From the NCBI RefSeq assembly GCF_036588685.1, contig NC_086374.1, positions 16,244,001-16,308,000 on the forward strand: a stretch of DNA of 64,000 nt, written 5' to 3'. Shown piece by piece: positions 27,329-41,005 of the stretch (within the stretch, counting starts at the first letter, position 1; each line of letters begins with the position of its first letter). This stretch comes from Mytilus trossulus (taxonomy: Eukaryota). The notes below the pieces were generated by a model. That model was given only the letters and a program-made list of their open reading frames with translations, had not been told where the DNA came from and did not search any database. The translations under genes and the position numbers were made by a program.

Positions 27329-30133
27329 CTATCCCGTGTTAACCGAAAAAAAGTCAACAGCGTAAACAAAATTACAACAGGAATCTACATGCATGAGGGA
27401 GATGCATTTCTTTAATTATTATCATTTTCTAAGTTTTATAACAGCGAAGTTAGATTCAAATGTATCTGTATATTCATACTTGTACCGAAGTGAAAACCAT
27501 AATCTGATAGGATGCATATTTAAAACAGTTGTGCAAAGATTTTTTTTATTTTGTTTTCTTTTTTTATACGTTCTAGTGTTCAGTGTTCTATTGTTTAAAA
27601 CATGTTAAAGCATATTGTTTTCTGCTCTTTGGTCGGGTTGCTGTCTTTTTGAAAGGGTCCCATTTCCATTCTCAATTTTATTACTGTTTGTTCCATCAGT
27701 TGAAAATTTGGTCCTATATGTATATAGTAAACTCATCTGTACGAGGAGCCTTATACTATAAAATGTTTTAGCATTACTCTTTTTTGTTCTAATGGCGTGT
27801 TTAAGAGTCGATTTGTTTCTGTTGTTACTCATGATAACATATGACAGTGTATGTAATAGTTCAAATCGATCACATATATCTTAAAGATCAGCATAGATAT
27901 TTAATATTAGATACTTTTTATACAGAATAACAGTATAATGTGTTTTCCAGAAATGAGAAAACAGAAGCAGTGAAACAAACACTTATACACTGAGTATTTA
28001 CGTGCAAAGAGAATCCGAATGTTTTTTTTTATAAACTGCGTCCCTTAAATCAAATCATTTAAACTATTTCAACAATTGTTCAAGAAAACTTTTGGGCAAC
28101 AACATTTATCTATAGAAAGACAAAACTTTATTTCAAGAACATCTAACTTGGAAACATCATTATGCGATGCTTGTTCTGTTTTAACACTTGGTTTATACTG
28201 GGAACAGTATAAGTTAATATATATGTTCCTGGTTTATACTTTTTGGATTTGCAATTACAATTTGACTAAGATCCCAAACCGACGTATCAATAATGCCGCA
28301 CGGTAAAACGTTGTTCTATAATTTGTGGCCTTGTGAAATGTATAAAAGAATCTAGCGCTGAACCATAGTTAATTTAATATGCTGGAAAGATTAATATACA
28401 CTCTTGTATTATCTCCTTAGACTGTGATTCATATTACAAGTGTAGACGTTTGGCGGAGTAAAACAATGTGACTAGAATCAGAGATCAAAGATGGAAGGAT
28501 ATATAAAGTACTTTCTTCTGTAATTCATGACTTGAATTCGATATAACTGTAAACATTGTAAAGGCAGATATTATGAAATTCACTCGGAGTCTGTTTTCTT
28601 ACACCAATGATAGAAAATCGAAAGCAAGTCTATCAGTAAGACACTTGAAATTGATTTGATTTGTCTTGATTTTTACATTTTCGCTGAGATATATTTTAGG
28701 ACAATTGACATATAGCTTCTATGTATAAAGGCGACGAAGTAAAATGGTTAAAGTTTTGTTTATAAATAGCATACCAGCGAAAGAAGGATAAAAACATCAG
28801 ACAGATAAATATGATTTTTCCAGTAGAGGACTCTGGACGACCAGTAAAGGATAGGACATATAAAACATAAAACCTACATAACATCATAAAAGTATCAATA
28901 AATATAAATATACACATATAAACATCAAACTGTAACATGTATAGAGTAAGCATCCATATAATATAAATTCCAATACCGCATTATCTTTTGGAAACGGGGG
29001 TGACAAGGAGGATGAAATAAATAGTTTGACCTGTTCAGATCTGAAAATAAACAACCGCTCATATGAATAATCTGCAACACAAGATGCAGAACTGACAATT
29101 GTGTACATTGGTCATTGATGGTGTAAATCCACGCGGTTATGCCACAGAAAAAAATAAGCATGCATAGCAACAGATGAAAATTAAAAGTCAATTCGCAGAA
29201 ATATCCTTCTGAACCTTTTCCTCAAATCCCTGACCAAACCCCCTTGGAATACCATGTCGTCCCTTTGTACAGGTATGGAAGGGATTTTCTTTAAATCTCT
29301 AAGAAAAATCAGTACGAAATAATTTCAGATACGGAAATAATCATTCAAATAAAATATATATATTCAAACATGTATTTCCTCAACGTTACTTTTTATTTTA
29401 AATACATTTTCAAATGTGCGATCATCATGATCATTAACATTCCTATGTACTGTCTTGTCAAACTTGAAATACAATTTCTAATGTTATGTCAGATTTGTAT
29501 GGGTCAATCTGTCAGTTACCCTGAATGGACGAACACCATATGTAAACAAAACTTTTCATTAAGAAAGGCATGTAACGGTTTAATGGTCATCGTATCGGAC
29601 GAGACATCACCGCCTGCGGTTACCAACCTTTGTGTGAAAGTGTGTATTCTGATTGTCAGTCTCTAGGCTTAATGCATAGTTTATATAAGATAAATGAGAT
29701 AACCAACCGAGTTTATATAAAACTTGTGGTAAATTAACTTATTTTCGTAGGTTGGGTGCCTTTTAATGAAGTCTCTTATGTCACTATCGTATAATTCGAC
29801 TTTAATAAGTGACTACAAATGGACTACCAAGGGTATTTTGTCTGTACTATGATCATGATGATATATAAAATTGTAATTAAATTAGTTTACTTGGACATTT
29901 ATAAATATTGAAGTGCACGAGTCAGCTGACCACCCTGACACATGATATTTCCTAAATAATACTCGGTTGTCCGTGATATTGTTTAAAGCTGTTGATAAAG
30001 ATTGGAAATGTCAAGATAACCAAGGTATCAATCAACACCGGAACTAATTTACTTGTTTGTTTTCATTTATCAACTTAGTTAAGACCCTCTTTTATTAGAT
30101 ACACATGTTTGTGTAAATAGGTATAAAACTTAC

Positions 30134-30742
30134 CTGTCTCCATAGTAACGAATATGATTTTTTTTCTACGATAACCGCCGAAACAACTAGATGACACAGG
30201 GGAAGAATAATTCCCAAAACTGCTGCAATATATATCCTTAGTGGCATTAGTGAATAAATCATGAAAACAACAAACATCACTTCCCAAACACCGTCTGCTA
30301 CTGTATAAGTTGTCCGGATTCTTCCAGGAAAGTCAGGACCGAGATCGAATGGAAATGAAAGAATTGCAAAACATACTAAAAACGGCAAAATTATATAACA
30401 AATAACAGGAAAGTTTGTTTCTTTGGTAAATCTAGTATGCAACAATACGTAAATTCCAATAAATATTAAACACTGAATTCCCAAGTATATTCCACTAACT
30501 GTCACATTTTTAACGTAAACAAATTTTAAGATTGATAAACAAGCAGTTAGAAGGATAAAAACTCCAAGCATGTATCCAACAGCGGATTGTTGTAAAGTAT
30601 AAACATAGATTTTATACAATCTCTCTAACTCAGCACTTTCAAATTTCTGTTTACCTATAAGTCTTTCAATTTTGCGCTTCCTCCTTTTAAGCATTGGTGT
30701 TGTTTCTGTCCTGCTTGGTTCTCCGGCTTCCAAGGACTGCAT
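30134..30742 (-). CDS. ADCY1: Adenylyl cyclase (rutabaga/ADCY1-like), coding exon 1: N-terminus and TM1-5
   Basis: The ATG is in caaaaATG context with an in-frame stop 18 nt upstream. Motifs KFESAELERLY and DGVWEVMFVVFMIYSLMPLR...LCHL...LLWRQ are typical of the M1 region of membrane adenylyl cyclases. The donor CAG|gtaagt at 30134/30133 is phase 0 and joins exon 14743-14594 across a 15.4-kb intron. Confidence 0.94.
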
Positions 30743-32179
30743 TTTTGAAACTTTATCTTAATCTTAATCCCGACTTTGATTATAACTAATCCTTTACGAC
30801 AATTTGACAGTAAAGCAACGATTTTATAAAGCTCCAAAGACTATGTCACAACTTCCCACGTGTATCTCCAAGTGCCTATCATCCAGATAGTTCCCAACAA
30901 GTTATCCTCCATTCATGCTAGCCCATTCACACAACCGTCCAAAATATTTATTTTAAACACTTCTTAAACATTTCTCTATTGTGAATGAAATAAACTTTAA
31001 CAATTGCTTAATAATAAAATAGCGTCGTCGCGTGTGTACACACAATACTTCATTTTTCTTTGTATTTAAACTTCACCTCACGTCCCCTTTTGACCTGTTA
31101 TTTCCTTTCAGAATTTCACGTTAGATGTTCAGAAGTTTCACGGTGGGTTAATCTTGTGCATCTGTTATTTTCTATGCGTTATTCACTCAATTATACCTCT
31201 AACTGTGTAGCTCTCCATCTGTTTTCTCAAAATCTATTTATATCAACACGGTATCATAAATTGTAATCTGTTTCTCTCTACATTCAATCTACCTGTTACC
31301 TGCACACTATATTATACTTTCTTTCATTCTTTCTCCATAGTCTTTGATAGTATCTCTGTTCATTGTTGTCTGAGTTTTAGCTATATATAACATGTATTAG
31401 CATTCGCTTCGCTTAACACGGGTGACTGAATGTTATTATAATTTAAAAAGGTTGAATGATTTCCTTGTAACAGATGATAACGCAATGTTCCTCCTTACCT
31501 TAATATCTGTCTAATGATTTAAAAGAATGACTGACGGTCTATAAACGTCCATTCTGGACAACATTACAACGATATATATCAAGTTACTGAGGAAAATAAT
31601 TTATATATGTGTGTATAATATGAGAGATAGAGGCGATATGATTTATTTGTGGAAAAGTAGACAAAGATTTCTTTGTGGTAAAATGTACTCTAAATGTTTT
31701 AATCGTTCAATAATATTAGATTTATTGGAAAGAGAGAAAAATCAATTTACAAAGCAAAACCAACGTAGTTAAAGATTTTGATTAACGGTTATAATCAACA
31801 GCGTGCAATGATTACATTACTTTAATATTACTATTCTGATTTCTGTATCAAACCAGAGGAAATACTATACAACATATAGTTGTGGCTAGTCTAAACCACT
31901 TTTATTACTTAATCTTAGATTATATAGAGTATATTTTTACGAAATTCTCACAAACTATTTGTGTATATAAAATGTGACTCCTCTTTTAGACCGAAATATT
32001 GTTTTAAAAATCTGGTTTTTAATAGAAAAATATATCAATCCTCAAATATGATATGTATCCTTATCATCCAATTACGTATGTATATATATATATACTGTTT
32101 GCATTAAAATGATAATAGTACATGTATATCTTTTTGGAGTTTAGTATGACGTTTTTTTTTACTAGTACACATTTTAGTT

Positions 32180-32325
32180 TAGGGACCAGCTGAACAAGTT
32201 CGCCTCCGGATGCATTATTTTCTCGCTGTATTGAAGACCCGTTGGCGGACTTTGACTGTTTCCTGTTCTTTGGTCTGGTTGTTATCTCTTTGAAACATTC
32301 CCCATTTTCCATTCTCAATTTTATA
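32180..32325 (-). repeat. Interspersed repeat (aaaattgagaatggaaatggggaatg...aaagaga.aacaacc.gacca family)
   Basis: The same motif occurs at about 62963-63095 (+), 27610-27680 (-), 15060-15300 (+) and 38700-38760 (-). Confidence 0.65.
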
Positions 32326-35300
32326 TCTATTTGCAAAAAGTAAAATAACAAAAATAAGAGAAAAATTCAAATCGGAAAGTCCCTTATCAAAAAATTAAAT
32401 AACTGCATATATTCCTGACTTGATACAGACATTTCCTTGTGTGGAAAAACAAGAATAAAAAGTGACCACAACACAATAACACATTGGCAGGATGCATAAG
32501 TACCGAGCCACGCCAAAAGGACGATTCTTCAACTTCTGCTCAGACGCTTGATAAAGTATCGGTATATATAGCACACGTGTATAGCAGCTGCAAACTCTTA
32601 GATACTGAATTATGTGGAAAAGTGTATTCAATATTCAAGTGAAGCTGGTATATTGGTACTCATAATATCGAACTAAGAAAGAAATGTCTTTAGTTACATG
32701 AATTTTAGTCTTTCCCGCTCATTTAAATCTTAAAAATAAATTATAGCGTCCTGTTTAGTCTTACGGTCAATTTTCAGACTTTTCCACTGCGATAAATTCA
32801 TAACTGTTAAGAAAATCAGCTTCAAACCTATATACAAGCAATGCTGGATATTTTGGCACTGCAGACAACTGCTTGATTAGCCTTTACCAAATTCCTGACC
32901 AGAAAAGCACGGAGTACTTCGCAGTATCAAATAACGTCATTTTTTATTTTGCTTCAAGTGATTTTTAAGGAAAAAAGAGGGAGCTTCTGTTTTTATTTCA
33001 TAAGTAGTTACGGTATAAGCGTGGTACGAAGCTAATGCAAACTAAGCATTAATTTATCTTTATCAATTCAAAATAGTCAATTAATCAAAATTAAGTAACC
33101 GAGCCTATTAATCAATATGAATTTAACATTCCATTTTAAGGTAGACCAGTAACTATCCATTGATCCAGCATAGAATATTCCGTAGAAAAGCCATTTTTGC
33201 TTCATATTTCTCGTTTTTTTAGGATAACAGTCACATCGGTGACGATATTTACCCATACCATACGTGTTGTGTTGATAGTTAAACAATCATAAATATCTTC
33301 TACTGTCTTTATGGTATAGGTGCGTGTGGTGTGTTTTACGAACGTGACTGACTATTAGGCCATCGCACGATCGACTCGGTACCTTAAGGGGTTTGGTGAG
33401 CTTTAACAAGATTTTGTTGTCGTAAGTTCCCCAAGAGGAAAGCGGCCATTTTGATTTTTCTATGTTGATTTTGTTTCTAGACTATTTTGGGTTTTAGAGG
33501 TTAACAACGGCTGTTTCCAGTACATTGTTGATCAGTTGGACAGCCCACTAACTACGTCGTTTTTTACTGATGGGTGAGTTGTGGACACAAATCAAAACAT
33601 TTAAACCCGCTGCATTTGTTTGCACATGTCTTAATTTGTGAACTTGTTTTAAGTGGTTGTCGTTTGTTGATCTGGATTATCAAATCTAAATTATAGATGT
33701 CTACACATTAAGAGACCTGTTTATGATGGCTTGCAACAGATAACGGTACCCGTCATACTGTTACAAGCAAATGATCCTTCAGGTAAATTTTGGATTCAAG
33801 GCCATCGGGTGTCTGGACGACAAAACACGCCCATCATTCACAATGGGTTTTGGAGCGCATGCTGACGCGGACCATTAATTTGTTGCACTGTACGTTAGTT
33901 GCTGTAGACATGGAGTAGTGTTTCGTCGAACCATGCGATCAGCGTAAAATTTGCAACTAACCAGGCGCTGATAAGCTGTAAGGAATGAGACATGACAATG
34001 TTCTCAATTGCATATATCATTCTAGGCAATAGAATCGTAGCTTGAGCATAAGACAACCAATGAGAACCTATTTATATTACATTAGCGTCAATATCGTATG
34101 ACATCAAGATGCGAAACAAAAAGTAGCACTTTATACAAGTTGCCTAGTTAAAAAAGCAGTTTCTCCATTATTTCTGTATGACATCGACGGCACCGCTACA
34201 AGTAAAGCAATTTTATGTATAGGGTTATGGCTAACATCGAACGACCTCACCACAACGTAACAAACTTTAGAACCTAAGAGAAACGGTTCAGCATATTTCA
34301 TACTTTCTTATACTGATGATAAATGATGACACTGTTTTGATGGTACTGTTTAATGTTGTTTTTTCTTCAAATATGAGGCGATATCACTACTGATAACTCA
34401 TATACACCAAAGGTATATTGTATATTTGGAGAAGACGTTACTAAGTTGTAAAACTTGTGTCTGATCCTTTTGTCATTTTAAACAATAAAATATGTTTAAA
34501 CTAACTAGTTATATGGTATAACACATAACACAAATTATTCACGTTCTTATATTTTTATATGAATTTTGTTATTCGTATGTTAAGAAAAGAACAACGAACG
34601 CTGTTAACTTGAAGTTTTCTTAGTAACAGTAAGTTCAAATAAATGAATCGATATTTTTTAGAAACAAATGTATAATTGATAGAAAACTTAATGTTTAGAC
34701 ATATGGTAAACATTATATAAAAAAAGGTTGCTTTGTTCAAGGTCTTCTTGTATAGATTAGTCATATACTGTAATTAAAAAAAGTAAAGAAACAAAACTAA
34801 ATGATGACACCACAGTAAGACCACACTGGAATTCCAATCACTTGGTGTTATACTTAATCTCCAAAATAAAAAGATAAATAGCGTTGCCCTCCACACGCTG
34901 ATTTGGTACACAACTACTTTTTAAGTCGCATCAAATAACTTGTCTTATGTTAACATAAGTTAATCCTGTTTGTTATAACTACAAAGAATTAAAAAACTTG
35001 AAAAGACTTGAAAAGAAAGTATCTTGCCCTGAATACAGGGTTAAGGAACAGAAAATAATTGATGTCACAGACCTTTGTAATATTTTTTTTAAGAAAAACA
35101 TATGGATTCGCTTTACAAGTACGACTATAACAATATTTTTTTTTCGATTTTAGTTGGTGTACTTCTATACAAATACCCTGTCACCATCTATTCACTACCC
35201 TAAGTAAAATGTAAGAGATGAACATAAAAAACGCTGAAGCCGCATAATCAGTATGCATTAAATCTAAAACATTTTTTCTCATTGTTTTACATTGACTGAT

Positions 35301-35894
35301 ATCTGCACGACAAGCTGATGTCTTGTGCATCTGGCAGATGTAAATTGTAAATGTAAAACTGTAGGTCTTAAATTCGTATGTTGCTATAAAACGCAACAGC
35401 ACAGAAGCGACAGACTTTTTCAAGTTACATGAACGTTGATTAAAGGCATTTTTAGTGTTCTATAATACTGTCTGAATTAATTGCTTAAACACTAAAAGCA
35501 AGAATACTATGTATATGTAATATTTATTCTTCTTTCATATAAGGTTAATGCGATCTTTGACTATAGAATACTACTTTGTTCTATATACAGATTAATTATA
35601 TTTTATCTCAGCTGCAACAGCTGTGTCAAGATAATTTATTTTCATCATTTAAAAATAACCATCATCTTTGATTCCCGTCCATATAAAGCAATGCGAACTA
35701 TTGATATTAAGGTATTAAACTATCAGTTTGACATCTTGGCAACAGATGAGAAGGAAAGAAAAAGTCGTAAAAATGTCATACATATATAGTTGGTGCCTTG
35801 CAAATTCAAAGAGAGTCGGACATACTTTGAATTTATGTTTGACATCTCGAAATCAAACTGGGATATCTTCAAACACTAAAGTCAGATACGCCAG

Positions 35895-36225
35895 ATACAA
35901 AAAAGTAAAATCACAAAAATACTGAACTCCGAAATTTTTTCAAAACGAGAAGTTCTTAATCAAATGGCAAAATCAAAAGCTCAAACACATCAAACGAATG
36001 GAAAAAAGGTCCTATTCCTGACTTGGTACAGACATTTTCTTATGTAGAAAATGGTGTATTGAACCTGATTTTATTGCTAGATAAACCTCTCACTTGTATG
36101 ACAGTGGCATCAAATTCCATTTATTGACAACGATGCTTAAACAACACAAGCAGACACAATAGTTTAAAATGTCACAAATAGGGATACAGAAGACAATATT
36201 GTGTTATAATCTTAATCACAATAAA
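35895..36225 (+). repeat. Interspersed repeat fragment (caaaaaagtaaaatcacaaaaatactgaactccg family), host of later insertions
   Basis: Related to 32333-32520. It appears to continue at about 37146-37180 and 37905-38220 after the inserted elements. Confidence 0.5.
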
Positions 36226-37145
36226 AACAAGAGTGCATACACTGAAATGTCTTGCCTTCTTAACTAATCATTGATATTATGTTGATAGTCCTAAGTATAA
36301 AGCTTTATTACAACTGTCACATAAACGTTACATAAACCAAGAAAACTAAAAAAAAAAAGACCAATGAACATAAAAATGGGGTCAAGGTCAGATGAACCAT
36401 GCCAGGCTGACATGTACAGCTAACAATGCTTCCTCAAACAAATATAGTTGACCTATATTTATAGTTTAATAAAAATAGACCAAAACACAAAAACTTAACA
36501 CTGAGCAATGGAATGTGAAAATGAGCTCAAGGTCAAACAAAACCTGCGCTACTAATATATATATCATAAAATATTTCCATACACTTAATATAGTTGACCT
36601 ATGGCGTATAGTACTTGATAAAAAGACCAAAACTGAAAAAATAACTTTGACCAATGAACCATGAAAATGAGGTCAAGGTCAGATGACATCTGTCCGCTAT
36701 AGACATGCTCACCTTACAATCATTCCATACAACAAATATAGTAGACCTATTGTTTAAAGTACGAGAAAAACAGACCAAAACACAAAAACTTAACTATAAC
36801 CACTGAACCATGAAAATGAGTTCAAGGTCAGATGACACCTGGTAGTTGGACATGTACACCTTCCAGTCCTTCCATACACCGGATATACTATCCCTATTGC
36901 TTATAGTATCTGAGATATGGACTTGACCACCAAAACTTAACCTTGTTCACCGAACCATGAAAATGAGGCAAAGGACATTGGAAATGTGACTGACGGAAAC
37001 TTCGTAACATGAGGCATCTATATACAAAGTATGAAGCATCCAGGTCTTCCACCTTCTAAAATATAAAGCTTTTAAGAAGTGAGCTAACACCGCCGCCGTA
37101 GCCGCCGCCGCCGAATCACTATCCCTATGTCGAGCTTTCTGCAAA
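36226..37145 (+). mobile_element. HINE-like element family 2 (internal ~150-bp gaggtcaaggtcagatga repeats, GCC microsatellite)
   Basis: It starts AACAAGAgtgca and contains repeated catgaaaatgaggtcaaggtca units. (gcc)n lies at about 37091-37113. It ends atcactatccctatgtcgagctttctgc. An inverse-orientation copy lies at 41006-42430. Confidence 0.75.
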
Positions 37146-37297
37146 CAAAATATTTAACAAAGGAGCACAACAAGGCATATTTATAATTGAACAACCTCAT
37201 TCATGTCATTCTTATTATAAAGTTTTTTTTTTATTCATGTATGTTAAATCAACCCATAAAGATTGAAAGAGCTGGGACCGAATATTTAGATTAACAA

Positions 37298-38640
37298 ATC
37301 AAATCAATTCAAATCAAGTATTTCATTGTCGTAGAAACTTTACAGTTTGTGACCATATACACATACATATCAAACATACACAATAAAAACAGCATCAAAA
37401 TTTATAACAAAAAACAAGCTGTTAAGAGTCCCCTGCCCTTAGTTCCAATTACTTTTTCAAGATGGATCCTAACTAATTTGTTTTTAAAGGTGTTGCTGGA
37501 TTAAAAAAATAATGATATTTTTTTCTTCTTCAGTTAAAGATTTTGTCCCCTTATATACCGTTATATTAAGGTATACTAGGAAAACTTTTTCTGAGACAAG
37601 TGCCTGTGACATATGTGTTGAAAACTTGAAAAAGGCATTTCTTAAGAGTTTTATTATAATCACAATAGAGTAAAAAATTAACTTTAACTCTGACACGCTG
37701 TTTACGTCAGAATTTAAACGTCACACAGGTAGTGATATAAAATAATTTTGTCGTTCAAAGTATGAAAAGAATATAGTCTATAATTATTTTAGGCATATTC
37801 TCTACAGAATGTAACTTAGAAGTTTATCTTGACCTTCTTGTCGCTTGTCTATATGGTTATTGTGTATTTCTTCTAAATAAAAAAGATCCACGTCATCATT
37901 TATCAAAGAAACACAAAAGGGCATATAGACAACGCATTTATAGCAAATATGAACGACAATAATACAAAAATTTTAATAGAACAATAATAACACAATGGCG
38001 GGATGTTTAAGTACAGAGCCACGTCATATGTTTCATTGAAACCAAAAAAGTCACACGGACAAAACACATAAGCAAAAACGAATGATAATACAAACAACAC
38101 AAAATGGGATGCATAAGTACAGTGCCACGTCAAATGGATATCACCAAAACAGACCAAACAGTAAAAGTTTTATTAATAAAGACAAATATAAGAACACTAC
38201 AGACACCGTTAGGCCGTCAGTTATTTTATTTGAATTAATCACAAAATTAACAGTTAGAACACAGAAAATGAGTTTAGTTAAAAAAACATATGGCTAGACA
38301 TGTTATATAATGTTGATACCATGGATAAGCGTTGGTTCGTTAAAAAGATAACTCAAACCCGAATGTTCAAGCTTTTTAAAAAGTGTTTCCTTTCGTGACG
38401 AATTTGATTTATTTATATTATGCATATGTTTTAGGGGCCAGCTAAAAGCCCACATGCAGTTACGGGACATGCCAAAACATTGTCTTCTTTGAAATTCTGC
38501 AAATAGCCCATGGAGCAAATTACATGGATGATTTATATTGCCGATTTTGAATATTGCCGTGTTCATGAAGGTTAAAAATAATTTCTTGAATGAAATCAAA
38601 TCTTTAACTACTAATGGGTGTCGTAGGAGGTCCATCGGAA
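37298..38640 (-). mobile_element. Degraded LINE 3' fragments, interrupted
   Basis: The minus strand ends gacaatgaaatacttgatttgaattgatttgatt, a tandem tail. Residual peptides KSLTEEEKNIIIFL and KKLEHSGLSYLFNEP are reminiscent of LINE ORF2 C-terminal regions. The evidence is weak. Confidence 0.3.
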
Positions 38641-39910
38641 TTTTTAGCGAGGATTTCTTGGCATGTATTCTCGCTGCTACGAAGACGCATGCCTGCATGG
38701 CCTTGTGTTTTCTGCTCTATGGTCGGTTTGTTCTCTATTTGGCACATTGTTTGCTTCCATTCACTATACTACATATAGTATGTAATTACTAATAAATGGA
38801 TGATAATGTTTCTTTTTATTCTTTACCCCAACTGTATCATGAACAGTTTTCTTTAAACTCGTCTCGATAGAAGCCCACGGTGTTTGTTGTTATTTAGACC
38901 TGATGTACAATGTATATGGTAGAACATGAAATCAAAATCACCTTAAATATACTGAAATGCGGGGACTTCAAACTTTTTGGAAGCGCCATTTATTACCAAT
39001 TGTGTTATCATAATTCTGATGAATACAGGAAAGGGGTGCTTTCAATTGACAAGATAAATCAAATCCCTGAGGATCGCAACCAATAGGTCCCTTCAAGATC
39101 GTATTTTGATCAGCAAGATATAACTTCCCATTTGTCATAATAATTGTCACGATAAAACACAATTTGGAATCGTACTATGTGAAGAGTGGTCATCTATAGA
39201 CCTTTCTGATTTACGTGGTAACGTGCATCAGTGTTATCAGGTGTTCAAACACGAGATAGTACTCAGAAATAAATGTTACAACGCATTAAAGAAAGGTCGT
39301 TTGGATAAATATATCGAAACAAAAGTTTTGCACTTAACATCGCATTTGAATCAATACACTTCTACTAAAAACCTCCCGTCTATGTCATTTCAATTTGTTT
39401 GTTTCCAAATAAAAAGTAATTAACTGTATCTTTCATAACCGTCAGATCAACTGTTCCATCTTTTGAATAAACGACTTATTTTGTATAAGCTAATGTAACT
39501 TTGATAAGCCGATAGTGGTTAAATGTCTGGGCAAGCAGCACTTAGTCAATATTTGACCTCTCGTATTTACTCTTTAGACTTGGATTGTTTAATAACAACT
39601 TGTACTATCAATTCATTGGTCTTTAATGAAAGAATCATTATCGCATTATTACCATGTTCCATGCTACTAAAAACCGGTATGATAGAGCTGTAAGATTGAT
39701 TTTTCCTAATTAGAATTTGATTTCCCTGTACTCTTTGTAATATAAATTTTGGAAAAACAGTTAAAGGTCATAAAAATAATTGTCAGCAATATATCTATTC
39801 AATCAAGGGTTTAAATTATTAGAACTTTTAGGCATATTTCAATAAGTTCCAAAATATTTTTTTGATTAATAAAACTTTTACAAATTGATGTATAATGTGT
39901 ACTTTTTTTA

Positions 39911-40143
39911 AGCCCCGTTTATGGGCATTATGTGTTTTTGTATGTCCGTCCGTTCGTCCGTCTGTCCTGATTTAGGACGGTGGGTTTTTTGGTCAAGTGA
40001 GTTTTTGATGAAGTTGAAGTCCACTCAAACACATGTTCTCTATGATAATTATGATCTTTCTAATTGTAATGCCAAATTTTTGAGACTTTGATCCCAGTTT
40101 CAGGATCCACGGAACCTAGGAAATGATAGTGCGAGTGGGGCCC
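39911..40143 (-). mobile_element. Degraded HINE-like family 1 copy (one core repeat)
   Basis: Reverse complement of family 1 motifs: gggcattatg...tccgtccgttcgtccgtc...gatgaagttgaagtcc...aaatgatagtgcgagtgggg. Confidence 0.65.
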
Positions 40144-40157
40144 TGCTTCACAGGAAT

Positions 40158-40208
40158 TTGTTTCTATCCATACGAAGGGATAGTCGACCTTCGTATGGAT
40201 AGAAACAA
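40158..40208. repeat. Perfect 21-bp inverted repeat with 9-nt spacer
   Basis: ttgtttctatccatacgaagg (40158-40178), spacer gatagtcga, then ccttcgtatggatagaaacaa (40188-40208). Confidence 0.9.
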
Positions 40209-41005
40209 GTACCTTTGCCCTGCTTGCATATTACGTTATAAAGGGACATAACTCAGGAACAGTGACAGTGACACTATCCATTTTCCCCCTGATTTGAGTG
40301 TCGTGGTAATAAGCTTTATGTAGTTTGATCCGCTGACGGTGTGAGCTAACTTTCTTAAAAGCTTAATATTTAAGAAGGTAGAAGGGCTGAACCCTGCCTA
40401 CTTAATATATAGATACTTTCAGTTATGAAGTTTTCGTCTCAGTCATATATGTCCATTGTCCTTGACCTCATTTTCATGGTTTAATGACTTCTTGAAAAAT
40501 CAGTCAAGATGTTTAGTATTTTTAATACCTCTCTTATTATGAGTAAAAGGGTACCTATATTTAGTATCTAGTATGTGCGCACTTTGCAATGTCATTATGC
40601 CAGTCAGACAGTTTTCACTTGACCTCGGCTTCATTTCATGGATCAGTGTTCAAGGTTAAATCCATGTCTCAGATACTATAAACAATAGGTATTTGGTGTA
40701 TGGAATGATTGTTAGGTGTACATGTCAGTGGTTAAAGATATTAATAAGTTTTTGTGTTTTGGTCAGTTTTTCTAATAAGTCTACATTATTTGTTTTTTGG
40801 AATAATGTAAGGTGTACTTTGTCCATCTGGCAGGTGTCGTCTGACCTCAACTTTTATTTATGATTCATTGGTTACAGTTAAGTTTTTGTGTTTTGGTCTG
40901 TTTTTTTTCAATACTGTATCCCATTGGTCAACTGTATTTTTGGTGTATGAAAATATTTGACCATGAAGACGTCAGTTTAGCATGTTTTATTTGACATTGA
41001 CCTCA

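Noticed and set aside
33650-34000. Relatively GC-rich stretch upstream of the cyclase gene
   Set aside because: I could not identify an ORF, splice pattern, RNA structure or repeat family here, so it cannot be assigned without a search.
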